Assembly (NCBI RefSeq): GCF_006345805.1 | Contig: NW_021832120.1 | Span: forward strand, 62,001-126,000 | Source of the DNA: Octopus sinensis | Taxonomy: Eukaryota | Length of the DNA stretch: 64,000 nucleotides | Reading direction: 5' to 3' | Part shown: in pieces, positions 51,963-64,000 of the stretch | How positions within the stretch are numbered: position 1 is the stretch's first letter | Layout: the number at the start of each line of letters is the position of its first letter | Notes under the pieces: model-generated | What the model was told of the DNA's origin: nothing | The model's database searches: none | Seen by the model: the letters and a program-made list of their open reading frames with translations, nothing else | Position numbers and translations under genes: made by a program

Positions 51963-52521
51963 TCACTGAGTCTTCATCATTTCCACAAATTCTGTTGAAC
52001 GTGAGAAAATACCGTCAATGTCGATGTATCCGTTTCCGTCGGCGTCAATCTCCTCGATCATTTCCCGTACATTCCCATCGGTCAAGTTTTCCCCCAACTT
52101 GGCGATGACTTCCTTCAATTCGTTCGTCGATATTTTCCCATCCCCGTCCCTATCAAAAAAACGGAAAGCTTCCCGAATGTCTTCCTCAAAGTCTTGCGCC
52201 TCCAACTTCTCCGCCACAAAATCCAGGAAGCCCGAAAGCGTGATTAAATCAAGTCCTTCGGGGATAATACACATTCCGACCATCACGGACAAGTCGGTTA
52301 GTCAATTCGGACATTTCCTCGCAAGTAAAACTCAAGTCGATAGACCCCAGTAAGTCTCCCAATTCTTCCAGGGACACTGTTCCATTACACTCTTTGTCGA
52401 ACGTGGAAAAGGCTTCTTTTAGTTCTATGAAGGTTTTCTTAGAGATTACAACCGGAAATGCGTTCTTTCGACATTTGCTTAATATTAAAAAATACTGTTT
52501 TGTTGTACATTTTGTTTTCAT
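51963..52521 (-). CDS. Calmodulin-like EF-hand protein
   Basis: [46 protein letters not shown] and [17 protein letters not shown]|EFVEMM. The EF2 loop is degenerate. Confidence 0.9.
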
Positions 52522-52849
52522 TTTTAATGAAAATTTGGATTTATATATCGTTTTATTGATTTTAATACTTTATTTATTTATGGAATAAATAATCCATTGA
52601 GTTCTGTGTTTATTCTTTTATAATAAAGCTCTCCTAGAAATACTGAATAATATTTATTGTCTTCATAAATAATCCTGATTTTATCCACTAATTGAATAAC
52701 CATGATATTCTTATATATAATTATTATTCCCTCGATTCGAAAAATTTTAACATCAACGAACAAACCAATCATAACTAACACAAACAGAATTGTGTTATTT
52801 TTGATTGAATATTAAATTGGTTTTATTTTGAATCATTTCAGCCCACTTA

Positions 52850-55800
52850 GTCTTAACTTAACAATTTCTTTCGACTGAAAAGTCAGACTCATTAATCTGA
52901 ATTATATGTTTTAACAGGTTTTGTAAGAAGAATTCTTCTATTAGTTGGTAGATTCATCCAACTGTTATGAACGGGCTGAACAAGTAATGAAGAGGATTTG
53001 TATAGTTCGGTCAAAAATGTGATTATGTGACTATCTCACGTCTGAAATTCACGCATATTTCGACATTAAAGGAAATTTTAGAAATAAATCAAAATTAAAT
53101 GTCCTTGAAAATAGGTTAATATGTTTATCGAATTCCCGCTTTATTAGTTTTGGCAATGCTATTTCGATTGCTATCTTTTAAAGAAACTTGGATTCTTTTC
53201 TCAATTATTTTTTGATCTGGAAATTGATAGTCTTTAGTCTAAAAAATCAAGTCTTCGCAAATAAACCTCAATCTTGAACTCGTTTCTGGTCATGTTGAGC
53301 AACTTGTGGAAGCTCTCAATCATGTGCATGTGAAGAGGGATCATCGATGGTACAACATGCTTCCCATGGACAAGCAGCGACGAGGCAAGAATGTCCAACT
53401 GTCCATAAATTTAACCATTTGACCAAAACCTGCTCTTTTATGCTATTTTTGAATAAATGCAACAACACTTTTTCTTGTTTTTCGAGACCGTTTTGATACG
53501 ATTCCGTAAAAAAGGGCTGCCAATGATTAAAAAATTTGAAACCTTATAATTCAAATAACCACCATTGACCCCAGCGTCGACAACCCCGTTAATTTTCATG
53601 CTCAGTTCACTTATATTTGGGTCATCTTTTTCAGAAATGGCAGTTAAAATCATTTTAAAGGACTCGTTGACGGTTGTTAGACTCTCAGTCGCCACACTAA
53701 TTGGATGTACTGCCGTCTAATTATGAAAACATAAAACTAGAAATCACCTCAGACTGGGAGACAATTAACGACCAATCCGTGATTCCCGGTAATTCGTTCT
53801 CGCAAACATACTCTGTTCTTACCACAGAAATATTCTGTAGTTATAATATAAGCCAAACAGCGAATGACCCGTCGTTGCTTTTCGTAGTTTTAGTTTGTTG
53901 AAATTTGACTAATTCATTGTTCAAATAGTATCTAGTGGAATGAATTCTATTCAGTACGATTTAATGCAATACGAAGCCTCGTTCAAATCAAATGTCCTGT
54001 CTAAAAGTACTGGTTGTACAGTAAAAATGTGAAAATCTAAATCAAGCAATCATTACATTACAATATCCTTGTTTGTTCTTGTACTCCTCGTGGTTCATAT
54101 TTCCGAAAAGTATCTACAACTATTCACATAATAATGAACTATTGGATCAAGTAGTGAGCCGGTTATACGATCAACAAATTCCTTGATTTTCTCATAATTT
54201 CTCCCACGACAAATAAATTCTTTGTTCTATCGAAATATAATTGAATGAAGCAACTCGAAATGTCGGGGAAAATTTCGTTCCATAAAAACCGACAAAATAA
54301 TACTCAAATTCCATTTCATCTTCGTCTGACATCAGTTTATAATACTTTGCTTGGCGAGACTAAAATAACATTTTTACATCTCTTTTACCATTAATTCTGA
54401 CATTAAATCTAATTTCATGTTTTTCTCGTACAGACTTGCTATCTTTTTGCAAATTTCTATAGATTTGACCCATTGCTAAAATCAGAGTTATGAAAATACT
54501 TTTCCCATCTCATAATTTTCTAGTATTTCGTAATATATATGTAAAATAAGGTCTTTTTGTGTTTTTTGAGAAATCCAAATAGGAGATGTCAATTCAATAG
54601 GGACTTCGTCGTTTGAGAACTAAAATATTTCAAATTTAAGACTTTAAGCAAATTTATGTAATTCATGGCAATGAACGAGGCACTCAAATAGTTTTTGGCA
54701 GCAATGAATTTTTTGTACAATTTTTCGATGTACTGGATATACAGATCAAATCGTTTAATACTCAAATAAAAGTTCTAAAGTCAGTAGGATAAGATCAACC
54801 ATAATGCGAATCAATATATAGTCACAATGACCGTCAATGGAATAAGATTTGTCCATTTTTCCGTACTCGGCAATCAGTTCCAATATACTTTTAATTCTCA
54901 TCACAAATGTCTCGATAAAATTACTTTTGAACTTCTCGGCGCTTTTTTGGGTTATTCTAAATAATAATCAAATTCACATAAACATTTTGGTAAACAACTC
55001 TGCATAGTCGTAATCTATCATGTCCATGTCAATATATTGGTTAAATGTCGAGATTAAAATGTTTTCGATCTAATGGTCGACATTTGGTTGCAAACCATTG
55101 AAATCTTGGAGAAAATCGTGTTTAGGTCGTGCTTCCAAAAATTGTAGATTGCCAAAATCATGTCATAAAATATTAAAATAATCCTCGATCGGATTGCTCA
55201 GAGGTTGTACAAATATGTCAACCTTCTAATTTAATGAATGAGGCTTTTGTGAATAGCGGAATTATCGTGGAAATAAAATGGATTTTCTGGTCGTCTAGAC
55301 ACATTATAGGACACTATCAACCCAGGCTGTACCACATGTTGCATATTCCGATGACAATGTCAACTCTCAAGTCGCCATACCTATACATAGGTAGGTAAAT
55401 AAACATTGAAATCATTCTTTTCTGCTTGGATTGGCTGAAATCCTCTATTTGAAGACACGGCTGGGATAAAAGTATTAAACAACATTGGAAATATTGTTCA
55501 ATAAGCTATAAATTGAATTATTTGTTTTAAACTTCTCTATTCCAGTTGGATTTATACTTTTCGTACAAAACTTCTGCTATGCAACATAAAATCAACTGAG
55601 ATGATCTAAAATAAGAATATTCCTGTTACCGGCTGAATTGAAAATACATTTGACACCACGTCGAAGGGAACAGATTCGTGGATGAAAGGTCTTTGAGAGA
55701 CATGAGCATTTCCATCAAAAAGTCGGTAAGGTCGAAGATATTGTCATAACTGTCGATGACCATGCTAAATATGCTTCCAGAAATTTTTGTCAAGAACGTT

Positions 55801-58800
55801 GCTAAGATGGCGACGTACGATTTCTAAAATTTTTAAAAAAACGTTTTAGAACGAAGTTTGGCGAATTTTTGTCAGACCGAATAATGAGCTGAATAATACT
55901 CCGAAGAACCTCCATTGAAATATTTTTTATGTGGTTTTTCTTCCAATACTCAATGACAGTCTACCATTAAAAATTGATGGCTATTGCTCAGGGACTTGAA
56001 GATTTCGATACAAGAATCCAATTCCAAATCTTCATCGAGGTATATTCTCGTCGTGGACATGAAAACTGGCAGCAGGACGCTAAGAGATGCTAACAAGTTA
56101 GCAATTTCTAATCACTTTCGTGCAAAAAAAATCCCGATTCCATTATTTTCAGAATAAACTTGATTTTCTGAAATTGAAATTTTTTGATGGATATGTACTG
56201 TACATAGTCAGCCAGAACGTATCTAATTTGGGGTAAATTATATATTAGCATTAGTTTTAATATCTAAATCGGTTACATGAATTGTTTGATGTCGTAGAGT
56301 TCGATTATTGAATCAAAACAGTCTGGAAAATATTTTATAATTGCTGCATGGATCAAGATTAGCTCGTCGCTCTCTGCCTGGAGAACAAATCCAACTTTAT
56401 AAAGAAAATTATCAAAATATTCTTTAAATTTTGTCAATTCGGTTTCATCTTCCATAATCCTTAAATGTTTACTTAAAACTGGATACGTCATATAAATTGT
56501 TCTTGAATAACAAATCGCCTTTGTCAAATATTCCCAAGACTTTATACTTCGAAGGGATACTTGATTATACATCTAAACAGTTTCCAACAATCAACAACGT
56601 TATTCATTGACATGTCGAGATATGATGTCATCATTAAAATCAAAATATTGAACACTGCAGGAGCACTAAACGATTCTGCGAAGTACAGTGATAGCACTTG
56701 TCGGAATGAAAATAAATTTCGGTCCGCCGAAATTAAAGACAGAATATAGACTAGACACGTGACAGCGTCGGCACGTCTTTGCTCCTCTTCTGGGGTCATC
56801 AAAATGTCAAAGATTGCGTCCAAGACGTCTTGTAAAAATTTGACAATCTATATTGTCATTTTTTAACTACTTGTCCGCCTTCTACTTTAAGAATTCCTTT
56901 GAGAATTGTCGACAAGTTGGCTTTGTTTTTCTTCCAATTTAATAAATTCATCAAGTTCTCGTCTTGAGTTAGTTTAGTTGAGCAGACAGTGACTTGAATT
57001 TTTAGATTGTCTTTTTCTTTGATCAAATTTGATATTGCAGAGACTTGTTTTTTGGTTTTTAAATCGCTGTTGTACCGCTGTTCTTCTTTTTTATTAGAAG
57101 GCCACTGAACGTAGCCATCTTGCTTTTTCTCATACTTGAATTTAATTTAGAAAACATCCAACCTTGTACACAAGAAGGTCGTAGATTCCATCACTGATTG
57201 TTGTCGAGTTCTCGTTCATAAATCTGAGAAACGAAAAGCCAATAGGCTTCGATTTGTCTTTTGCTAAAACACAATAATTAACTATTACAACTTTCGTTCG
57301 AGGACCGGTGCCGAAACAAAAACAGGAGGTGGCAGTTCTGGAATTCAGGAATTGACAAAGAGATCTTCAAATGAGGAGACCAAGCATACTTTGATCAGTT
57401 CGTTCCACCTTGGCTGATCGTCGTGGTAATACACGACGCTGGAAAATGCTTCGACTGGGTTACTCCCAGCGGCTTGGAAAATACATTCCTTAAGAATGAA
57501 ATGATTTTCCTACGTCCAAAGAAGTCATTTTTGAATCAAGAACGGTTGCTGAGATTTCTATATTTTTTTCAGAAATTTTTCCGCCTTTTTGAAATTCTCC
57601 GTGTAAAATTTTTACGTAAATGTCGTTTCTGACGTCGGCTATTATCATAAAAAACTGATCTATACACGACGGAATTATATCGGGGAAGCCAATTTTTCGC
57701 AAAATGGAAACGTTTTCTAATTCCAGAAAAGGATTTTCTTGCATAATCTACCATTAAATAAAAACTGTACATCGATGAAGTCTCCGAAATATACTTGTAG
57801 CGAGAACCAGATCCCTGTTCTTTTAGTTTTTGTTTCTTTGCCCATATTTCTGATAGCTTTCAAAATTTGGTTGTCAATCGAATCTCTGTCAGAACCACTG
57901 TTCAATATTAACAAGACACTGACTAATTGAACGCAATAAAAAAGCTCTTAGTGTCGACTAAGCTCAAATCGTCATTAAAGAATTCTGAAAACTTTATCAC
58001 TAAAATACTAAAACAACAAGTTAACCGCCAACTCCCAGGGCTTTACGAATCTTTCTGTTAACCTTCTTATAATCAAGAATAGTCCCTAAAAATAAAATAC
58101 TCCCGTTAACCGATTTTAACGAGGTAAGCAACAAGATATATATTTTCGTCTAAGGTAAGTCTAGCACTTAAATCCTATTTTTGAAAAAAATAAAGAATAC
58201 GGCCAGTAGAAAGTTGAATGATTCCAAGTTATTATACATTTGAGTATTCCATTCAAACATAAAGTTTTCACTTTTCATAATTTTTTTTATGTTACCTAAT
58301 TTGAGTAGTGTCGACAGAGTTGTACAAGCAGAAAATTATTTGGATGGTTTCTGGAATATCGCACACAATGCTTTGGAGCTGAACGAACAGCCCGATTTGC
58401 TGATGGATATTATTATTCTGCCAATCCGTCTTCTAATTATGAAAAAAATTATTAAAACAGATTTATTTTCGTTATAATTTTCGTGAAGATTTTGATGCTG
58501 ATACGTTTTAAAACAAGCCATACCAGTCTGAGCAATTTTATGCAGTCAATGTCATTTGGTCGGATAATTTCCTGTTTCTCATCACGAATAACCAAATCTC
58601 CCTTAATCAATCTATAAACACGTGAAAATTTAATTTCTTACATTTCGCATTTGTCTATGCATTCCTCTGCATTTTTTTGAAACATTTTTATTTCATCCTA
58701 CAAGAAATCATCAATCAAATCAACATAAGAAAGCTTCGTGGATTGAAGTGATTTGAACGTCTGATGTAGAGTATTAAAGTACGGCATAATTTTTTTAAGT

Positions 58801-59229
58801 TGTGATTTGTCGTCGTTCTAAACAGAATATAACAAAGACATTGCCTTGAACAATTCCACGATATATCGATGCCAATCTCTCAGAACCATCTTAATTTCCG
58901 TAAAGACTAGTTGATTCGTTGGCTCGATAAACACATATGGGCTGGGGAATGTATTTTTATTTACTTTCGTGTTGGTTTATATTTTTTTTCTTGAAGAAAA
59001 CTTTTTGGAACAATTCCCATCTCGTTGGTTGATTCAAGGATTTTTTCTCCATAAAACCAGTCTGAATGTGAATATATTTCACCACCTTCATTTTCCATTG
59101 TCGGTTCAAATATGTCTCCAACCAAAAGAGCCAATCTTGTTTCATTCAACGGAATGTAATTCGCAATGCCTTTAATGTGGAATTATATGTGTGATAGTAA
59201 TTTAGAATAATAGTAGTTTTTATATTCAT
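52850..59229 (-). CDS. DOCK-A/B family Rac GEF (DOCK1/CED-5/Mbc-like): SH3, DHR-1, DHR-2
   Basis: SH3 GIANYIPLNETRLALLVGD...WFYG...GIVPKSF; DHR-1 DVRNDIYVKILHGEFQKGGK; DHR-2 YYFVGFYG...NKEFICRG and LSMKINGVVDAGVNGG. Many mini-introns; both ends approximate. Confidence 0.9.
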
Positions 59230-59235
59230 TGGGTA

Positions 59236-59253
59236 TCGGGAGATATCTCCCGA
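59236..59253. repeat. Perfect 18-bp palindrome TCGGGAGATATCTCCCGA
   Basis: Exact self-reverse-complement, just upstream of the DOCK gene 5' region. Confidence 0.85.
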
Positions 59254-59821
59254 AAGATATTATGAAATAAATACAGATATAGATTTGCTGCGTCGTGACT
59301 TTTGCAAAACTTGTCATGATAATAAGCTTAGTTAGCGGAATTCAAATATCTATTAACATTTAAAAGGATTAATTCTCAGAATTAACGCACCCGAATTAAT
59401 AAGATCCTACATATTATGGTTCAATTTATTTATGATGAAAATTACTTTGTTCACGTTTTTGCCAAAAATAACACCATAAAAATAGCTTTTTGACATTGCT
59501 GACATTTACTAGCACGTTTTATGAGTTTAAATAACTAGAAAATTCTTAATTTTATTTGTAGGATATTTATTTCATAACTTTTTAATTAAATTCGTGTAGG
59601 ACCCATATAGTCTTTATTGCGGCCAACTACGATGTTTAGATGGGAATGCACAACAAATAAGATTTTATTCACAGACTGAAGACTCCTTGCTAGTCAGATC
59701 CATCAAAAACCCTACAGAATTTTATCTTAATGATAAAAAGGAAGTTTTATATGTTTCGTTATTATTTAAATTAAAGTTATTAAATTTTTTTTTTTAATAT
59801 TTATTTCTTTTAAGTAGAATT

Positions 59822-60846
59822 CATTTCCAGAAAGTACAACATTGAGAATGCAAAGGATTTGACAATGTCGACATTGATGGAAATACAGCATGAATATCTG
59901 CTTAAAGAAATTGAAAAGAAGCAGATGCACTCTATCTTATTTCAATGTCTGAAAGACACGGAAGTAAATGTTTGTGAATCTTCTGGATGGTTGGTTAATG
60001 GAAATCATTCCCCCATGACTGAAGGGAGACTGTGTCTACTTCAGGACCGCAACATGTTTTTTGATAATGGAGAAAATAAGTGCACGCATTGTAACTCGGC
60101 AAGAAAAACAGTTGATCACCTTGCAACTAGGTGCGGGAGAATGCTGAATAGCTCATATCTCAGACGGCATAACGAAGTAGTCAGATGTATTCACTTACAT
60201 CTCTGTCGTCAATATGGAATAAGGAAAACTAAGAGACTAAAGACACACTCAGTTCAATCTGTTGTTAGCAATGAATTTGTGGAGATTCGTGTGGATACTA
60301 CGATTAGTACGGATACAGCTGTGGCGAATAACAAACCTGATATATTTGTCCATGACAAAGTGAGGAATACAATCACCCTTATCGAAGTTGGGGTTACTTC
60401 GCAAAATTGCCTAAAGCAGGTCGAAGTTGAGAAGTTCCACAAATATGACTTATTGGCAAATGAACTTGAAGCAATTCATCACGCAAAAGTGAAAGTAATC
60501 CCTGTTGTAATGACCTGGGATGGAATTGTCTCAAGATTTTTCAAGGGTCATCTTGATGTCCTCAAGCTGGAAGAAAGAGTGAGAGCATATATCCAGACAG
60601 TGGTTCTGAGGAAGACATTGGAGAGCATGCAGGCTGAAGAGAGGCATGGTATATCGATACCTAGTGAGGAGAAAGCTGAAACGGAATGTCAACCAAGGAC
60701 AGCCTCAGAATATGGAGTGTGCTTCGACGAGAACACACCCATACGGTCACTGGATTATGGGCCCAAAAAGAGAAGATTAAGCTAATTAATTAATTACTTT
60801 AACATAGATTTTTTAGTTAAAATTAATTTGTTTTATTAAAATATCT
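59822..60846 (+). mobile_element. 5'-truncated RLE-clade non-LTR retrotransposon (R4/Dong/NeSL-like); uninterrupted ORF 59859-60785
   Basis: CCHC knuckle CTHCNSARKTVDHLATRC, RHNEVV, and restriction-like endonuclease KPDIFVHDK...LIEVGVT...EKFHKYDLLANEL. No RT core. Candidate 8-bp TSD GTAGAATT at 59814 and 60847. Confidence 0.88.
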
Positions 60847-61249
60847 GTAGAATTTCAAAATCATTTCACACCATGTAGAAACGATATTTACTTCCCCGCT
60901 GTAAATCAGCCACTGTCAGGAAACTGAAATTTAATATTTGTGAAAATTTTTTCTGACTGAATCATCACTGAATATAATGTATTTTTGGATGCAAATATAT
61001 TTTGAAAAATGTTCCCATTTATCGGAATAGTTTATCAAAGTTCGTCAGAGCATCGATTTAATCTAATTAGGAATTTTCCGGCACAATGATGACTGGGACG
61101 ATTTTTTAACCCAAAATATAGAAAATTAACTTTATTAACCTAAAAACTAAAAAAATTAACCTAAAAATTTAACTTATTAGCTAAAAAATAAAAACAATAA
61201 AACTTTTTGTTACAAATATGAATTAAATAATTTTCTAAATTTTTTGGTA

Positions 61250-61900
61250 GAAAATTTCAGTTAGATCTTAGAAAACTCTATCTCAAAGAAACATCTTTCA
61301 ACCGAGCACGAAATTTTGATAAATTTGTTGTCATTTCTAAATTCCAACGATTCTAAACCATCATATGCTTGTTCAATTGCTTTCAAATTTCCTAATAATA
61401 TCTGCAATGGGGCATTATTTGGAAACCTGGAATGTTGGAATAGCTTTGGATAACGTCACATAAACTGCTAACTAACACATTGTTTTTGAGACTTTCTTTA
61501 GCTGTTTTTGAGATTCGAAAATATTTTGAACCCCGATCAGATTTTCTGAATAGTATCTAGCGGCCTTAACCCCCATCTTGTCAAATTCACAGAAGGTGGA
61601 ATGACGCTGTCTTTGAATATTAGTTTTCTAATTGCAGCTTATACAGTAGCTATCATTAAATCAATTTCAGGATTCAGGATTTGGAAGATTTTTTAGCATT
61701 TGCCAGCTAAAACATTTTACCGAATTTTATATAATTTGCAGCATCCGAAATTAACAAAGGGAATTTTCCCTTTGAACCAAATTAGTTCGAAATGCATCGT
61801 CGACTAGTATGATGTTCTTTTAGGAGCAGATTCTATCGCCTTAAACGATATCAGACATGTTGAAAATTTGACGATCCAAACATCACAGCCACGTTAATTT
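61250..61900 (-). mobile_element. Degraded hAT-like transposase remnant
   Basis: Fragments ISDAANYI, NPEIDLMIATV, PPSVNLTRWG and KAARYYSENL match the SDAAxYM...TRWG...AA.YY pattern. Multiple stops. Confidence 0.55.
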
Positions 61901-62286
61901 AAAAAATTAATAAATTAAATCAAAAATTATAATGCTAAAATATTTTTAACTTTATAATTTTAATTCTCCTTATTGTTATTACATCGCCATTTGTAGAGCT
62001 GACTAAAATGACAAGCAAGAGAAGTTCTACTGTTCTTTTCAGCACAAATACAGTAGACTATCAATTTAACGAAAAAAAATTTAACGAAAATATTCATTTT
62101 ACGAAAGTCAAAATATTTTTTTACGTTTTTCCTTAGATAAATTCAAAAATAAAATTTTTTTTTCTTTGTATTAGTGAATATTTGAATATATTTAACAAAT
62201 ATTTAAACAACGAAAATTAAAATTTTTGATAAAATTTTAAAATAATTTTTCCTCGCTATTTCTTTGTAGTAAACCATGTGTGCAAC

Positions 62287-62426
62287 GGTGAACAATATGA
62301 AGGGAGGAGCACCGGGCAAAGTTGAGGACCCTCCTCAGAGAAGCCGGAATCACCTGATTAATTAGTTTTATGTTTTTGACGGTGATCTTGGTTCTAATAA
62401 TAATAATAAGGGTGAACAATATGAAG
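62287..62426 (+). mobile_element. 108-bp 5'-truncated LINE insertion with (TAA)n tail and perfect 16-bp target-site duplication
   Basis: GGTGAACAATATGAAG at 62287-62302 and 62411-62426. The insert encodes KLRTLLREAGIT* (compare RLRELLREAGIT* at ~46560) and ends TAATAATAATAA. Confidence 0.87.
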
Positions 62427-62905
62427 AAAAAAAGAAAAACTTATCAGTTTTCTTCTCTTATACCAACGTAAATATCAGACAAGTCTTATGAAATGGAAAC
62501 TCCAATTCAAAGAGTGATATCGTAGATTGTGCCATTTGCCTCATGTCCACAAGTAATCTCCAATGCATTATTCCATCATTCACTCATAAGTACAACCTAG
62601 ATAGTCTTCCACTTGTTTTATTTCACTCCTAACTTTTTACTCCATTTAATATTAAGAGAGTTTTTTTCAATTGAGACTTTATTAATAAAGAGAGCCTAAC
62701 TAATTGCTAACTAAGTCCTGAGCCTTCGAAATGAGCAGGGAGTGTCACTCCACGCACCTCCTTCCTCCTCTTTTCTGGTTTTGTAGACCTACAAGAAGGC
62801 GCAGTCCGGCACCTCTCCCTGTTTAAATGTCAGGAAAGGATTGAATCTGTGAGCATCAAACAAGATTCACTCTAGAGTCCTCTTAAGAACATTTGACTGT
62901 ATATA

Positions 62906-63003
62906 CAGTGGGGAAAATAATTCATGCAGTATAAATAACTCAAGTTAGTATAGTTTTTTGAACAAAATTTATTTAAAATATGCATTACTTTTTTGCCCCA
63001 CTG
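62906..63003. mobile_element. 98-bp Tc1-like MITE
   Basis: TA|CAGTGGGGAAAATAATTCATGCA ... TGCATTACTTTTTTGCCCCACTG|TA: imperfect TIRs with CAGT ends and flanking TA. Confidence 0.8.
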
Positions 63004-63774
63004 TAACCCCGTAAAGACTTATCTACGCTCAACTGTCTTAAGTATTCTTTGTATTTCTTATAAATTTATCTTATATACTTGTGGTAAAATGAATATTTTT
63101 TATACTTAGAAAGAAATCATCATACTTAAATTTTAAAAAGGCAGCTTTTGTAGCTCTCGGAATGACCTGCATTTCTTCATAACATTAGTTTATTTGTCTT
63201 ATGCATACTAATTTAGAAAACATTTGAGAATTTTTGATTCGGCTCATATTAAAAAATCAGAATATAAAATGATAATTTATTATAGAATCCATAAGATTTT
63301 TGACATAGCAGATAGAGCTCATTCCCCGAAAAAATTAAAAATAAGAACAAAAATATTTGTTTGAAATTTTGTTGGGAAATTAAATTATGATTTACCTGAA
63401 TATTCAAACAAGGTCCAAAAATGTAGGAAATCTCGTCCAAAATTAATTTAGGTGTAAATCGTGTTATTCTTTTGTAACTGTTGATGAATTCAGTATATTT
63501 ATAGGTTGCCAGTTTTGAAACCCAACACACATTAAAAATTAAAAAACTGGCCGCTTTTAGTGAATAAAATCCTATCGACTGCACATTTCCATATCAAAAT
63601 GGAAGCTGCAGTGGCGGATCATTTATAAACATAAAATATTTTGTTGTTTTTGCACTCACAATCCTCGGTTGATTCCGCGAAGTTTCAGGAATTCGACCAG
63701 TCAATTTTTAATTGGACCCCACTTTATTTACTTTATTTTCTAACCCAACGGCAATACTTTTTCATAGTCTACGG

Positions 63775-63860
63775 CAGGCATTCTCAACCTTTTTTTGTTC
63801 ATCGCCCACTTAGATATTTTATCGCCCCCCTTTGAAATTTTATCGCCCCCTTGTCCACAT
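63775..63860 (+). mobile_element. Probable left end of a hAT (Buster/Charlie-like) element
   Basis: CAGGCATTCTCAACCTTTT terminus preceded by the 8-mer GTCTACGG (central TA); subterminal ATCGCCC repeats at 63801, 63821 and 63842. The right end is not in the window. Confidence 0.5.
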
Positions 63861-64000
63861 ACAATTTAAAAATTTTTGGGCATTGTCCCTTAATTGGTTG
63901 TTTTTTGTATATAACTCAAAAATCAAAATATAAAATAATAAATCAAATGTAAAAATTGAATTTTTATTACAAATTATTAGTGAGACCCTTGATATTGATG

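Overview
Eukaryotic, metazoan genomic DNA; not prokaryotic, with no CRISPR, rRNA or tRNA seen. The genome is compact and AT-rich, with miniature spliceosomal introns (mostly 19-35 nt). Short ORFs in the track are therefore exons, and I re-spliced the genes by hand. About 19 host genes are recognisable: cathepsin D-like, histone H1, an orphan, ALYREF, rhomboid, Eph receptor, C2H2 zinc finger, a giant sacsin-like protein, THOC3, cathepsin L-like, TBC1D23, calreticulin, an NR1J/HR96-type nuclear receptor, an RNF139/RNF145-type E3 ligase, PSMD6, KAT7, CCDC47, calmodulin-like and a DOCK-A/B GEF. They are interspersed with TE remnants: hAT, a Tc1 with full IR/DR ends, several non-LTR RT fragments, an RLE-clade non-LTR fragment and a MITE. 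Tiny introns plus an NR1J receptor (CESCKA P-box, a protostome group) suggest a reduced protostome parasite such as a dicyemid; this is inference. The most notable signals are: (1) a gene-scale strand-skew inversion, C/A-rich 5' half to G/T-rich 3' half, that resets at each AT-rich spacer; (2) head-to-tail gene runs with 134-142 nt stop-to-start spacers, often ending in a TTG(C)TGTG motif; (3) frequent non-canonical mini-introns (GC-AG, GAG acceptors, one GT-GG candidate); (4) a sacsin whose three Hsp90-like modules all look degenerate; (5) a sterol-sensing-family E3 ligase directly upstream of an HR96-type receptor. Several frameshifts fall in homopolymers and may be assembly errors.
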